A stretch of 64,000 nucleotides of DNA. It comes from Planctomycetota bacterium. GTDB lineage: Bacteria > Planctomycetota > Phycisphaerae > Phycisphaerales > SM1A02. Numbering within the stretch: position 1 is the stretch's first letter; each line of letters begins with the position of its first letter. Below the pieces are notes generated by a model. The model was not told the origin of the DNA, searched no databases, and saw nothing but the letters and a program-made list of their open reading frames with translations. The position numbers and the translations under genes are program-made. Positions 48,511 through 56,742 of this stretch are shown here, in pieces. The stretch is taken from NCBI GenBank assembly GCA_017859745.1, contig JAFMML010000008.1, forward strand, positions 7,027 to 71,026, written 5' to 3'.

Positions 48511-49404
48511 ATGCCCGGGAGTCCGAACGACATGACCGAACTCAACAACGAGGAACGACCGGCCGAGACGACCTCGAACGCCTTCGAAGGCGACTCGGGT
48601 GCCGCATCCTCCGCGCCGGAAGACGCCGTCTCCGACACGTCCCCCGAGTCGACTCCGGCCGACGGCGATGCCGCCGAGGTCGAGGCCCCGGCCGCCAAGC
48701 GCCTGCTGTCCGGCCGTGCGGCCGCCGCGAAGCTGGCCGTCAACCTCTCGCCGGTGGGCGTGGCGACCACGCGACTCACCGAGAGCCCCACCCGCCGCAA
48801 GACCGAGGTCGAGGAGGTCGTCGACGAGGACGATCTGCCCATGTACCGCGAGGGCATGGACTGGTTCGTGCTGCGGGTCGCGAGCAACAAGGAGTCGAGC
48901 GTTCGCGAGACCCTGCTGCGGAAGGTCGCCATCGAAGGCATGCCGGACCTCGTCGGCCGGATCATGGTGCCGACCGAGAAGATCAAGACCTTCAAGGCCG
49001 GCAAGCAGAAGGTCACCGAGACCAAGCTGTATCCGGGCTACGTCTTCGTCGAGATGCGCCTCGAGCCCGACGGCCGCATCCCCCAGGACGTCTTCTTCCT
49101 CATCAAGGAGACCACCGGCGTCGGCGACTTCGTCGGCACCGCCGGACGGCCCACGCCGATGGCGCCGCACGAGGTCCAGAAGATGCTCTTCGACTCGAAG
49201 AAGCCCGACGAGACCCCCGAGGTCCGCTTCGAGTTCACCAAGGGCGACCCCGTCACCATCAAGGAAGGTCCCTTCGAGAACTACGAAGGCACCGTGGACG
49301 AGGTGCTCAAGGACAAGGGTCTCGTCCGCGTGCTGGTCACCATCTTCGGTCGCCAGGCTCCGATCGAACTGGAGTACTGGCAGATCTCGAAGGTGGTGTC
49401 CTGA
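48511..49404 (+). CDS. nusG: transcription termination/antitermination factor NusG (with an N-terminal extension of about 110 aa)
   Basis: NGN domain WFVLRVASNKESSVRETL...PGYVFVEM and KOW domain GDPVTIKEGPFENYEGTVDEV...VLVTIFGRQAPIELEYWQI. Confidence 0.9.
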   Translation: MPGSPNDMTELNNEERPAETTSNAFEGDSGAASSAPEDAVSDTSPESTPADGDAAEVEAPAAKRLLSGRAAAAKLAVNLSPVGVATTRLTESPTRRKTEVEEVVDEDDLPMYREGMDWFVLRVASNKESSVRETLLRKVAIEGMPDLVGRIMVPTEKIKTFKAGKQKVTETKLYPGYVFVEMRLEPDGRIPQDVFFLIKETTGVGDFVGTAGRPTPMAPHEVQKMLFDSKKPDETPEVRFEFTKGDPVTIKEGPFENYEGTVDEVLKDKGLVRVLVTIFGRQAPIELEYWQISKVVS

Positions 49405-49448
49405 CCGGCGGGACGCCTGCGACCGGCAGGTTCGGATCTGCACCCAGG

Positions 49449-50072
49449 ATGACCGCGAACATGACCACGAAGATTCGACGACTGACCGCAGGCGGCCTGG
49501 TCGCCGTGGCGGCGTTGGCTCTTGGAGCCTGCGCCTCCTGGTCGACCTTTCCGCCGACCGGTGGCGGCTCCTCGCTGTCGCCGGGCCTCTTCCCCGCACC
49601 GCAGGTGATGTCGGCGGCGCTCGCCTACTGCCACCAGCGAACCGATCCCTCGTCGCCGCTGGTCTACAACCTCCCTGCGGGGGTCAGCGAGGGTTCGTGG
49701 GAGCGCATCGGCCTGCTGCTTGGAGAAGGCGCTCGACCGATGACGGCGGACGACCGGAACGTGTGGTCGATCGAGCAGATTCGGATTCGCGGCAACGCCG
49801 CCCAGGTCGATGTCGTCTACCTCGACCGTGGCGTCTATCAACTCGCAACGGTGCATCTGGAGAAGCCGTCGCTGACGCCGTGGCGAGCCGACTACCTGCA
49901 GCGGTGGTGGATTCCCGTCGCGACGCCAGTGGCGAACGACCCGACCGCCATGTCAGACCAGTCCGACCAGTCAGACACGTCAGACACGTCAGACACGTCC
50001 GACATGTCCGACCAGTCCGACCCGTCCGACCCGTCCGACTCGTCCGACATGTCCGACGGACCCGACGCATGA
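49449..50072 (+). CDS. lipoprotein of unknown function with a C-terminal (Ser-Asp-X)12 tail
   Basis: Signal peptide plus lipobox LALGAC. It has no recognisable domain. Its stop overlaps the ubiX start (ATGA). Confidence 0.55.
   Translation: MTANMTTKIRRLTAGGLVAVAALALGACASWSTFPPTGGGSSLSPGLFPAPQVMSAALAYCHQRTDPSSPLVYNLPAGVSEGSWERIGLLLGEGARPMTADDRNVWSIEQIRIRGNAAQVDVVYLDRGVYQLATVHLEKPSLTPWRADYLQRWWIPVATPVANDPTAMSDQSDQSDTSDTSDTSDMSDQSDPSDPSDSSDMSDGPDA
49953..50060 (+). repeat. 12 x 9-bp in-frame tandem repeat (TCN GAC NNG)
   Basis: tcagaccag tccgaccag tcagacacg x3 tccgacatg tccgaccag tccgacccg x2 tccgactcg tccgacatg tccgacgga, encoding SDQSDQSDTSDTSDTSDMSDQSDPSDPSDSSDMSDG. Confidence 0.95.
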
Positions 50073-50683
50073 GTCTGCCGCTCGTCGTCGGCGTCACCGG
50101 CGCGAGCGGCGCGCCCTACGCCAAGCGCTTCATCGAGCGGGCCACCGAGTTCGGGGTGCCGGTGCATCTGGTCGTCAGCGACCTCGGCCGCCGCCTGCTC
50201 GCGGAGGAGCTCGACCTCAAGCGGCTCGACCCGGACGAACTCTCCGGCGGCCGCGGCTCGATGCTCACCCTTCACAACGACCGCGACACCGGCGCTCCGC
50301 CGGGCAGCGGATCGTTCCGCCATCGCGGCATGGCGATCGTGCCGTGCTCGGGCAACACCCTCGGCCGCATCGCTGCTGGCATCACCGACAACCTCGTGCA
50401 GCGAGCCGCCGCGGTCACGCTGAAGGAGCGGCGCCGGCTCGTCATCGCGCATCGCGAGAGCCCGCTCTCGATGATCGAGATCGACGCGATGGCGAAGGTC
50501 ACCGCGGCCGGCGCCATCGTCCTGCCGCTCGCCCCGGGCTTCTACCTGCGACCCAAGTCGATCGACGACCTCCTCGACTTCATGGTCGCCCGCATGCTCG
50601 ACCTCTTTGCGATCGAGCACGACCTCAAGGTCCGCTGGGACGAGCATCTCGCGGCCCGGAAGAACCGCGGCGAATCCGAGTAG
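50069..50683 (+). CDS. ubiX: flavin prenyltransferase UbiX
   Basis: LVVGVTGASGAPYA, MAIVPCSGNTLGRIAAGITDNLVQRAA and LKERRRLVI. Confidence 0.85.
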   Translation: MSLPLVVGVTGASGAPYAKRFIERATEFGVPVHLVVSDLGRRLLAEELDLKRLDPDELSGGRGSMLTLHNDRDTGAPPGSGSFRHRGMAIVPCSGNTLGRIAAGITDNLVQRAAAVTLKERRRLVIAHRESPLSMIEIDAMAKVTAAGAIVLPLAPGFYLRPKSIDDLLDFMVARMLDLFAIEHDLKVRWDEHLAARKNRGESE

Positions 50684-50872
50684 CGCGGCGACCCACACCA
50701 AGGCGGTCCGATCGACCAGTGGAGACGAGGTCGACCGTTGCGGGCCTTGCCGCCCCGTCTAGACGCCCCAGTCCAACCTGGCTCCGATCCAGTCGCCTGC
50801 GAAGAGGCGCGTTCGGCCACTCTCTGATGTGGGCATCACGCTGCCCTGCGTTGGTCTCGATACAGTGTGCGC

Positions 50873-51661
50873 ATGCGTGAGAAGCCTGAATCCGATGAGG
50901 TCAGCTGGGACTCCGGTACGGTCGCCGACTTCTATGCCGGCGAGACCGCCGGGTGGAAGGAAGTGCTCGGGCCCGGAATGCACTATCACTTCGGTTCGGT
51001 CGATCCTGCGAGCCCGATCGATGACGCGGAGGCGCACTTCCGGTTCGCGGTTCGCCAGTTCTATCCTTGGATTCCTGTTCGATCACGCGTGCTCGATGTG
51101 GGGTGCGGGTGGGGAGGCCCGGCCCGGATCCTCGTCGACGAGCGGCACTGCTCGGTCCACGGGATCACGATCTCGAAGACGCAAGCGAGCGTGTTCGCAG
51201 AACGAGTTCCAGAAGCCAGGGTGTCGGTGATGGACGCGCAGGAGCTCGATCTCGAGCCGGTCCGGGACGACGCGGATGTGGCGATCATGTTGGAATCGCT
51301 CACCCACATGCCCCGCCCGGACCTCGTCCTGCGACGCCTTCGTCCGCACGCCGATCTTCTGCTGATCCGAGATCATGTTTCACGCGGAGAGACTGGATTC
51401 ACGAGCCCCCATTGGCGCATGCGATTCCCTTCCCGTGCGGAGGTTCGAGAGCAGATCACGGAAGGCGGTTTTCATCTCAAGCACGAGGAGGTCCTGGAGA
51501 TCCCCTGGGAAGTCTCGGCAGCCTTCTGGCTGGAGAACATTCGTCGTGCGTTTCCGGTCTTCACGCCCGACGGGCAGTTCACGCTGCTGCGAAGGCTCTG
51601 TGAGCAGATCATCCATCACGGGCCTCCCAACACCGAAATCATGCTTTTCGTCGCGGAGTGA
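50873..51661 (+). CDS. class I SAM-dependent methyltransferase
   Basis: Motif I VLDVGCGWGGPARIL, preceded by FY...HYHFG as in the tocopherol/GPP methyltransferase-like group. ATG 50873 is preferred; GTG 50867 is also possible. Confidence 0.65.
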   Translation: MREKPESDEVSWDSGTVADFYAGETAGWKEVLGPGMHYHFGSVDPASPIDDAEAHFRFAVRQFYPWIPVRSRVLDVGCGWGGPARILVDERHCSVHGITISKTQASVFAERVPEARVSVMDAQELDLEPVRDDADVAIMLESLTHMPRPDLVLRRLRPHADLLLIRDHVSRGETGFTSPHWRMRFPSRAEVREQITEGGFHLKHEEVLEIPWEVSAAFWLENIRRAFPVFTPDGQFTLLRRLCEQIIHHGPPNTEIMLFVAE

Positions 51662-51744
51662 TGGCTGGCGCGTGGATCCAAGTCGCCGCCCCGAGCAAGG
51701 GGCGGCGGCACGAGTGAGACCGAAACTGCTTCGGGAGTGCGGAC

Positions 51745-52098
51745 TCAGCGGCGCCGTCGCCGACCAAGACCCGCAAGTCCGATCGTCGCAAGTCCGGCGA
51801 GGCCGGCTCCAGGGACCGCCGACGGCGAGTACGGAATGCCGAAGGAGCCGTTGTAGTAGGTCGTCGAGCTCGGCACAGTCAGCTTGAAGGCGCCAAGCGT
51901 GCTTCCCACGCCGTTGGTGATGGAACTGCCAGCCCAGTTGGCGAACGGTGAGGAGCCGCCGAGCGCGTCGAACCCCGTCGTCCCGCTCGGGTTGCCTTGA
52001 CCGCTCGATGGATGGCCCGTCACGGTCCGCGAGTAGTTCGACGTCAGCGTCATCGACGGCGCAGACCTCGCCGACCTGCTCGGCCGATGGGGCCCCAT
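51745..52098 (-). CDS. small Gly/Ser/Thr-rich protein with a PEP-CTERM-like C-terminal anchor; no signal peptide detected (possible remnant)
   Basis: C-terminus SAVPGAGLAGLATIGLAGLGRRRRR (Pro-containing motif, TM helix, Arg cluster). AGAAGG lies 5 nt before ATG 52098. Confidence 0.35.
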   Translation of the reverse strand: MGPHRPSRSARSAPSMTLTSNYSRTVTGHPSSGQGNPSGTTGFDALGGSSPFANWAGSSITNGVGSTLGAFKLTVPSSTTYYNGSFGIPYSPSAVPGAGLAGLATIGLAGLGRRRRR

Positions 52099-52133
52099 CG
52101 CCTTCTGAACGCCGTCGCGAGAACCGATCGCCC

Positions 52134-53369
52134 TCAGTCGATCCTCGCCCCGAGGCCGTCGCCCGCGAAGAGGTGCGCCTTCGACAGGTCGAGTTCGACG
52201 CGGACCGTCGAGCCTTCGGCGACCTCGACCGGCACGTTGCTGCGGCTGACCAGCCGCACCCCGTTGGCGTCGAGGACCAGATCCATGCGATCGCCGTAGC
52301 GCTCGACCGCCTCGAGCGTCGCGTCGAGCACCAGCGCTTCGCTGGCGGGGCTCTCGCTGGCGCCGGTAGCGCCTCCATCGCCGGTCTCGCCGCTCGCAAG
52401 CACCCGCACCGCATCCGGACGCAATCCCAGTGTCGTCGGCCGCGGCGCCCGGCCCGTGCTTCCGGCAAGCACCGCGTCGGCCCGCGTCGCCGACATCGGG
52501 AACCGCCATGCGACCGCCTGCTCGTCGCGGCCGCGTCGGGCCACGAACTCGCCGTTGCCGCCGGTCGCCTGCACGAGGCCCTCGACGAGGTTCATCGCCG
52601 GCGTCCCGATGAAGCCCGCGACGAAGCTGTCGGCGGGCCGCTCGTAGATCTCGATCGGCGTGCCGGTCTGGCGAATGACGCCGTCCTTCATGACCACGAG
52701 ACGATCGCCGAGGGTCATCGCCTCCTCCTGATCGTGGGTCACGTGGACCATGGTGCCGCCGGTGCGGCGGTGCAGCATGCGAAGTTCCGCCCGCATCTCG
52801 AGGCGCAATCGCGCGTCGAGGTTCGAGAGCGGCTCGTCGAGCAGGAACACCGCCGGATCCCGCACCAGCGCCCGGCCGAGGGCGACCCGCTGACGCTGGC
52901 CGCCGGAGAGCGCCTTCGGCTTGCGACTCAGCAGGCTCTCGATCTCGAGGACCTTCGCCGCGGCGTCGACCCGTTCCCGGTGCGCGGCGATCTCTTCCCG
53001 ACGCGCCTTCGCGTACGCCGGCGAGAGCAGCGCGCGAAGCCGACCGGCATGCCGACGCCGTCGCAGCAGCGGAAACTCGAGGTTCTGCCGGACCGTCAGG
53101 TGGGGATAGAGCGCGTAGCTCTGGAAGACCATCGCGATGTCGCGGTCCCGCGCGGCGACGTCGTTGACCACGCGATCGCCGATGCGGATCGTGCCGGAGG
53201 TGATCTCCTCGAGGCCGGCGATCATGCGAAGAGTGGTGCTCTTGCCGCAGCCCGACGGACCCACGAGCACCACGAACTCGCCGTCGGCGATCTCGAGATC
53301 GACCGCGTCGACCGCCCGCACCCCGCCGGGGTAGACCTTGGAGACCTGCTTCAGGGAGACGTTGGCCAT
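52134..53369 (-). CDS. ABC sugar-transporter ATP-binding protein (MalK/UgpC type)
   Basis: Walker A GPSGCGKST, Q-loop, signature LSGGQRQRVALGRAL, Walker B VFLLDEPLSNLD, and a C-terminal regulatory TOBE-like domain. Confidence 0.85.
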   Translation of the reverse strand: MANVSLKQVSKVYPGGVRAVDAVDLEIADGEFVVLVGPSGCGKSTTLRMIAGLEEITSGTIRIGDRVVNDVAARDRDIAMVFQSYALYPHLTVRQNLEFPLLRRRRHAGRLRALLSPAYAKARREEIAAHRERVDAAAKVLEIESLLSRKPKALSGGQRQRVALGRALVRDPAVFLLDEPLSNLDARLRLEMRAELRMLHRRTGGTMVHVTHDQEEAMTLGDRLVVMKDGVIRQTGTPIEIYERPADSFVAGFIGTPAMNLVEGLVQATGGNGEFVARRGRDEQAVAWRFPMSATRADAVLAGSTGRAPRPTTLGLRPDAVRVLASGETGDGGATGASESPASEALVLDATLEAVERYGDRMDLVLDANGVRLVSRSNVPVEVAEGSTVRVELDLSKAHLFAGDGLGARID

Positions 53370-53427
53370 GGGAAGGTTCGGGGCGAAAGCGTAGTCGTCG
53401 AGGGGACGCGGGGGAATGGGATCGAGC

Positions 53428-54300
53428 TCAGCCCTTGACCGCGCCGGATCCGATCCCCTCGATGAACTGCTTCTGGGCGCCGAGGAAGAGCAGCACGCAG
53501 GGGATCATGGTCACGAGGCTCGCCGCCATCAGCAGGTGCACCCGCTCGAGGTTGCCGTACTGGTTGCGGAAGCCGTTGAGGGCGACGGCGAGGGTCATCG
53601 ATTCCTCGCGCTGCAGGTAGATCAGCGGGCCGAGGAAGTCGTTCCAGGTCCAGATGAAGGTGAACACCGCGACGATCGCGGTGACCGGACGACACAACGG
53701 CAGCATGATCCGCCACCAGATGCCGAGCCAGCCGAGGCCGTCGATGCGGGCCGCCTCGACGAGGGCTTCTGGCACCTGAGCGATGAACTGTCGGTACATG
53801 AAGACGAAGAAGGCGCTGCCGAAGAACGCCGGGACGACCAGAGGCAGGATGGTGTCGATCCAGCCGAGGCTTCGGAACAGCAGGAACAGCGGGATCATCG
53901 TCACCTGCGGCGGCAGCATCATCGTCGCGAGCATCAGCAGGAACAGCCCGCGTCGGCCGCGGAAGCGGACCCGGGCGAACGCGAAGCCGACGAGGCTCGA
54001 CGAGAGGATCGTGCCGACGGTCACGAGCACGGTGATCACCGTCGAGTTGGCGAGCGCATCCTTGAAGCCTTCGCCCCAGCCGTCGGCCTTGCGGCTTCCC
54101 ATCTCCTCGATCGCCTCGGCGTAGTTGCCCCACTGCGGCACCTCGGGCCACAGCTTCAGCACGTCTCCGCCCCCGACGATCGCGGCCCCGGCGTTGGCGG
54201 GGGTCTCGAGGCTCACGACGAACATCCACCACAGCGGAAACAGGGTGATCGCCGAGGCGACCGCGAGCAGCAGCAGCGGCGGCAGCGTGCGGAACCTCAT
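53428..54300 (-). CDS. ABC sugar-transporter permease (MalG-like, CUT1)
   Basis: Six TM segments and the EAA loop VPEALVEAARIDGLGWLGIWWRIMLP. The ATG overlaps the upstream stop. Confidence 0.85.
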   Translation of the reverse strand: MRFRTLPPLLLLAVASAITLFPLWWMFVVSLETPANAGAAIVGGGDVLKLWPEVPQWGNYAEAIEEMGSRKADGWGEGFKDALANSTVITVLVTVGTILSSSLVGFAFARVRFRGRRGLFLLMLATMMLPPQVTMIPLFLLFRSLGWIDTILPLVVPAFFGSAFFVFMYRQFIAQVPEALVEAARIDGLGWLGIWWRIMLPLCRPVTAIVAVFTFIWTWNDFLGPLIYLQREESMTLAVALNGFRNQYGNLERVHLLMAASLVTMIPCVLLFLGAQKQFIEGIGSGAVKG

Positions 54301-56684
54301 GCCTTCAGGCCCTCGTAGTGGACGAGGCTGCGGCTGCCCCGCAGCACCGCGACGGTCAGCAGCAGCACCACCACGAGGAGGATCCACGCCATCGCCGAGG
54401 CGTAGCCCATCTCGTAGCTCTCGAAGCCGAGGTTGAAGAGGTAGAGCACGTAGAAGCGGGTGAGGTCGCCCGGCTCGCCGCCGGTCATCACGAACGCCTG
54501 CGTGAAGACCTGGAAGCTCCCGATGACCGCGACGATCACGTTGAAGAGGACCACCGGCGAGAGCATCGGCAGGGTCACGTTGCGGAACCGCCGCCACGCC
54601 CCGGCCCCGTCGATCGCCGCGGCCTCGACGAGCTCCTTCGGAATCCCCTGCAGGCCCGCGAGGTAGATCAGCATGCTGCCGCCGATCGTCCAGAGGCTCA
54701 TGATCGCGAACGCCGGCGGACCGAACCACGCCGCGTCGGCGCCGAACCACTGCGGCGGCTCGACGCCCAGTGGCGCCAGCAGCGGCGCGAGCGCCGCGTT
54801 CATGAGACCGTCCTCGCCGTCGAAGACCCACCGCCACAGCACCGCGGTGCCGACGCCGGCGAGCACGCTCGGCAAGTAGAGCGCCGCCCGGAACAGCGGC
54901 GTCGCCGGTGCCTTCGCATGCAGCAGCATCGCCGCGGCGAGCGCCGCGATCTGCCCCAGCGGCACCGCGAGCAGGGCGTAGTACGCGGTCACCCGCAGGC
55001 TGGTGTGCATGCGGCGATCGTGGACCAGAAGCTCGCGATAGTTGTCGAGGCCGACGAAGGAGGCCTCGCCGAGGGTGCTGACGCCGTTCCAGGTGGTCAG
55101 CGAGAGCGCCGCGCTCATCGCGATGGGAAACGCCATGAACACCGCGAATCCGACGAGCCACGGCGAGGCGAGCCACCAGCCCGCCCGCTCCTCGGCGCGG
55201 GCCCCGGTGGTCGCGGGCGCCCCGCGCCGCAGGCGCCACGTCGCCGCGAACCCGCCGACCGCCAGCACCGCCGCCGCGGCGATCGCCACCGCGTTCCACG
55301 GCATCGTCGGACGGTCGGCGTCGGCCAGCGGCGATTCCCGCACCCGTCGCCAGTTCGCCTCGAAGTCCTCGGCAGCATCGGCGAGCGACAGGTCGCCGCT
55401 TCGAAGCGCCTGGTCCATGCGGCTTCCGAAGAGCTGCTCGAAGCGCGGATCGACCGGCCACTCCGCGACCCGGGCGACCTCGGCGGCGTCGAGGTAGGCC
55501 CGATCGTTCGCCGGCGGCACCGACTCGTCGAGGAAGGCGTCGCTCTCGGCGACGGCGCGGCGGGTCGGGACCGCGAGGCCCAGTCGCGACTGCGCGGCCT
55601 GGTTCTCGGCGCTCGTGAGGAACTCGACCAGCTCCCACGCCTCCCGCTTGTGCTCGCAGCGTTCGGCGATCGCCCACGCCACCGTCAGCACCACGTTGGC
55701 CCGCTCGGACCCGCGGGGCAGCGGCAGGAAGTCCCACTCGAAGGCGATCTCGCCGGCGGACTTCGACTCGTCGGGCGTCAGCGTCGAGTACGCAGGCACC
55801 ACCCAGCGCCCGAACGGTCCCGCCATGCCGACGCGACCGGTCTGGAAGACCGCCGAACCGCTCGCCACGCGGCTGCGGCCACTGGTCAGGGTGTTCTCCT
55901 CCTCGTGCCGCCACGCGCGAAGGGTCTCGAGCGCCGCGACCACCGCGGGATCGTCGAGACGCAGGTCGTCGAAGTCCTCGCCGACGACGTCGAGGCCCTG
56001 CGTCCACAGGTACACCCGGACCATGACCGGCCAGGTCACGAACTCCGCCCCGGTCGCATCGGGCAGTTCCCCGACGCGGCGGGCGATCTCGATGAACTCG
56101 TCCCAGGTCCAGTCGTCGCCGGGCGGCTCGACGCCGGCCCGCTTCAGGAGGTCGAGGTTCAGGTAGAAGCCGACGGTCGTGAAGTCCTTGGGAATCCCGT
56201 AGAGCGGCCCGGTTCCCACGCGATCGCCGTCGTAGCGGAACGCGTCGACGGTCGCCGGGAAGAACGCCCCGAGGTCGAAGGAGGACGCGGCCTCGTCGTC
56301 GCCGGCCCCGACGAACTCCTCGAGCGGCGCCAGCAGGCCCAGCTCGACGAAGTTCGAGAGGCGCTCGGCACCGACGTAGAAGACGTCCGGCGGCTCGCCG
56401 GCGACCAGCATGGTCTGCAGCTTGGTGTAGAAACTTCCCGCGTCGCCGGGATTGATGCGGCGGACCCGCACGCCGGGATGCTCGGTCTCGAAGCGGGCAA
56501 GCGCCTCCTCGACGATCGCGTCCTCCTCCGGGCCGCCGTCGCCGGACCAGTGCATGACGACGAGTTCGATGTCGTCGGTGGCGACCGCCTCGCCGAGGCG
56601 AGAGAACTCCCGCGCGCCGACCCGCCAGAAGCTCCACGCGACCAGGGTGATCGCCGCAAGCGCCAGAACCCCGCGAAGTATCAT
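54297..56684 (-). CDS. fused extracytoplasmic sugar-binding protein + ABC permease (MalE-like + MalF-like in one ORF)
   Basis: N-terminal TM anchor MILRGVLALAAITLVAWSF and an SBP_bac_1-like region (LVVMHWSGDG...FYTKLQTMLVAGEPPDVFYV...). The permease follows with no stop codon, carrying the EAA loop IPKELVEAAAIDGAGAWRRFRNVTLP. Confidence 0.75.
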   Translation of the reverse strand: MILRGVLALAAITLVAWSFWRVGAREFSRLGEAVATDDIELVVMHWSGDGGPEEDAIVEEALARFETEHPGVRVRRINPGDAGSFYTKLQTMLVAGEPPDVFYVGAERLSNFVELGLLAPLEEFVGAGDDEAASSFDLGAFFPATVDAFRYDGDRVGTGPLYGIPKDFTTVGFYLNLDLLKRAGVEPPGDDWTWDEFIEIARRVGELPDATGAEFVTWPVMVRVYLWTQGLDVVGEDFDDLRLDDPAVVAALETLRAWRHEEENTLTSGRSRVASGSAVFQTGRVGMAGPFGRWVVPAYSTLTPDESKSAGEIAFEWDFLPLPRGSERANVVLTVAWAIAERCEHKREAWELVEFLTSAENQAAQSRLGLAVPTRRAVAESDAFLDESVPPANDRAYLDAAEVARVAEWPVDPRFEQLFGSRMDQALRSGDLSLADAAEDFEANWRRVRESPLADADRPTMPWNAVAIAAAAVLAVGGFAATWRLRRGAPATTGARAEERAGWWLASPWLVGFAVFMAFPIAMSAALSLTTWNGVSTLGEASFVGLDNYRELLVHDRRMHTSLRVTAYYALLAVPLGQIAALAAAMLLHAKAPATPLFRAALYLPSVLAGVGTAVLWRWVFDGEDGLMNAALAPLLAPLGVEPPQWFGADAAWFGPPAFAIMSLWTIGGSMLIYLAGLQGIPKELVEAAAIDGAGAWRRFRNVTLPMLSPVVLFNVIVAVIGSFQVFTQAFVMTGGEPGDLTRFYVLYLFNLGFESYEMGYASAMAWILLVVVLLLTVAVLRGSRSLVHYEGLKA

Positions 56685-56742
56685 CCCGCCGATGCGACGC
56701 AGGTTGCCGAGGAGGCTCGAGAGCGGCGAAACGGTTTCGGCC

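Noticed and set aside
49953-50060. Short regularly spaced repeats considered as a CRISPR-like array (also 24459-24494)
   Set aside because: The units are 9 bp with no spacers, are in frame within coding sequence, and encode SDx or MS(S/T) peptides. They are tandem coding repeats, not CRISPR.
50700-51700. Methyltransferase region as a horizontally acquired island
   Set aside because: Hand-counted lines give about 60-62% GC, only moderately below background. No flanking repeats, tRNA target or mobility genes were found.
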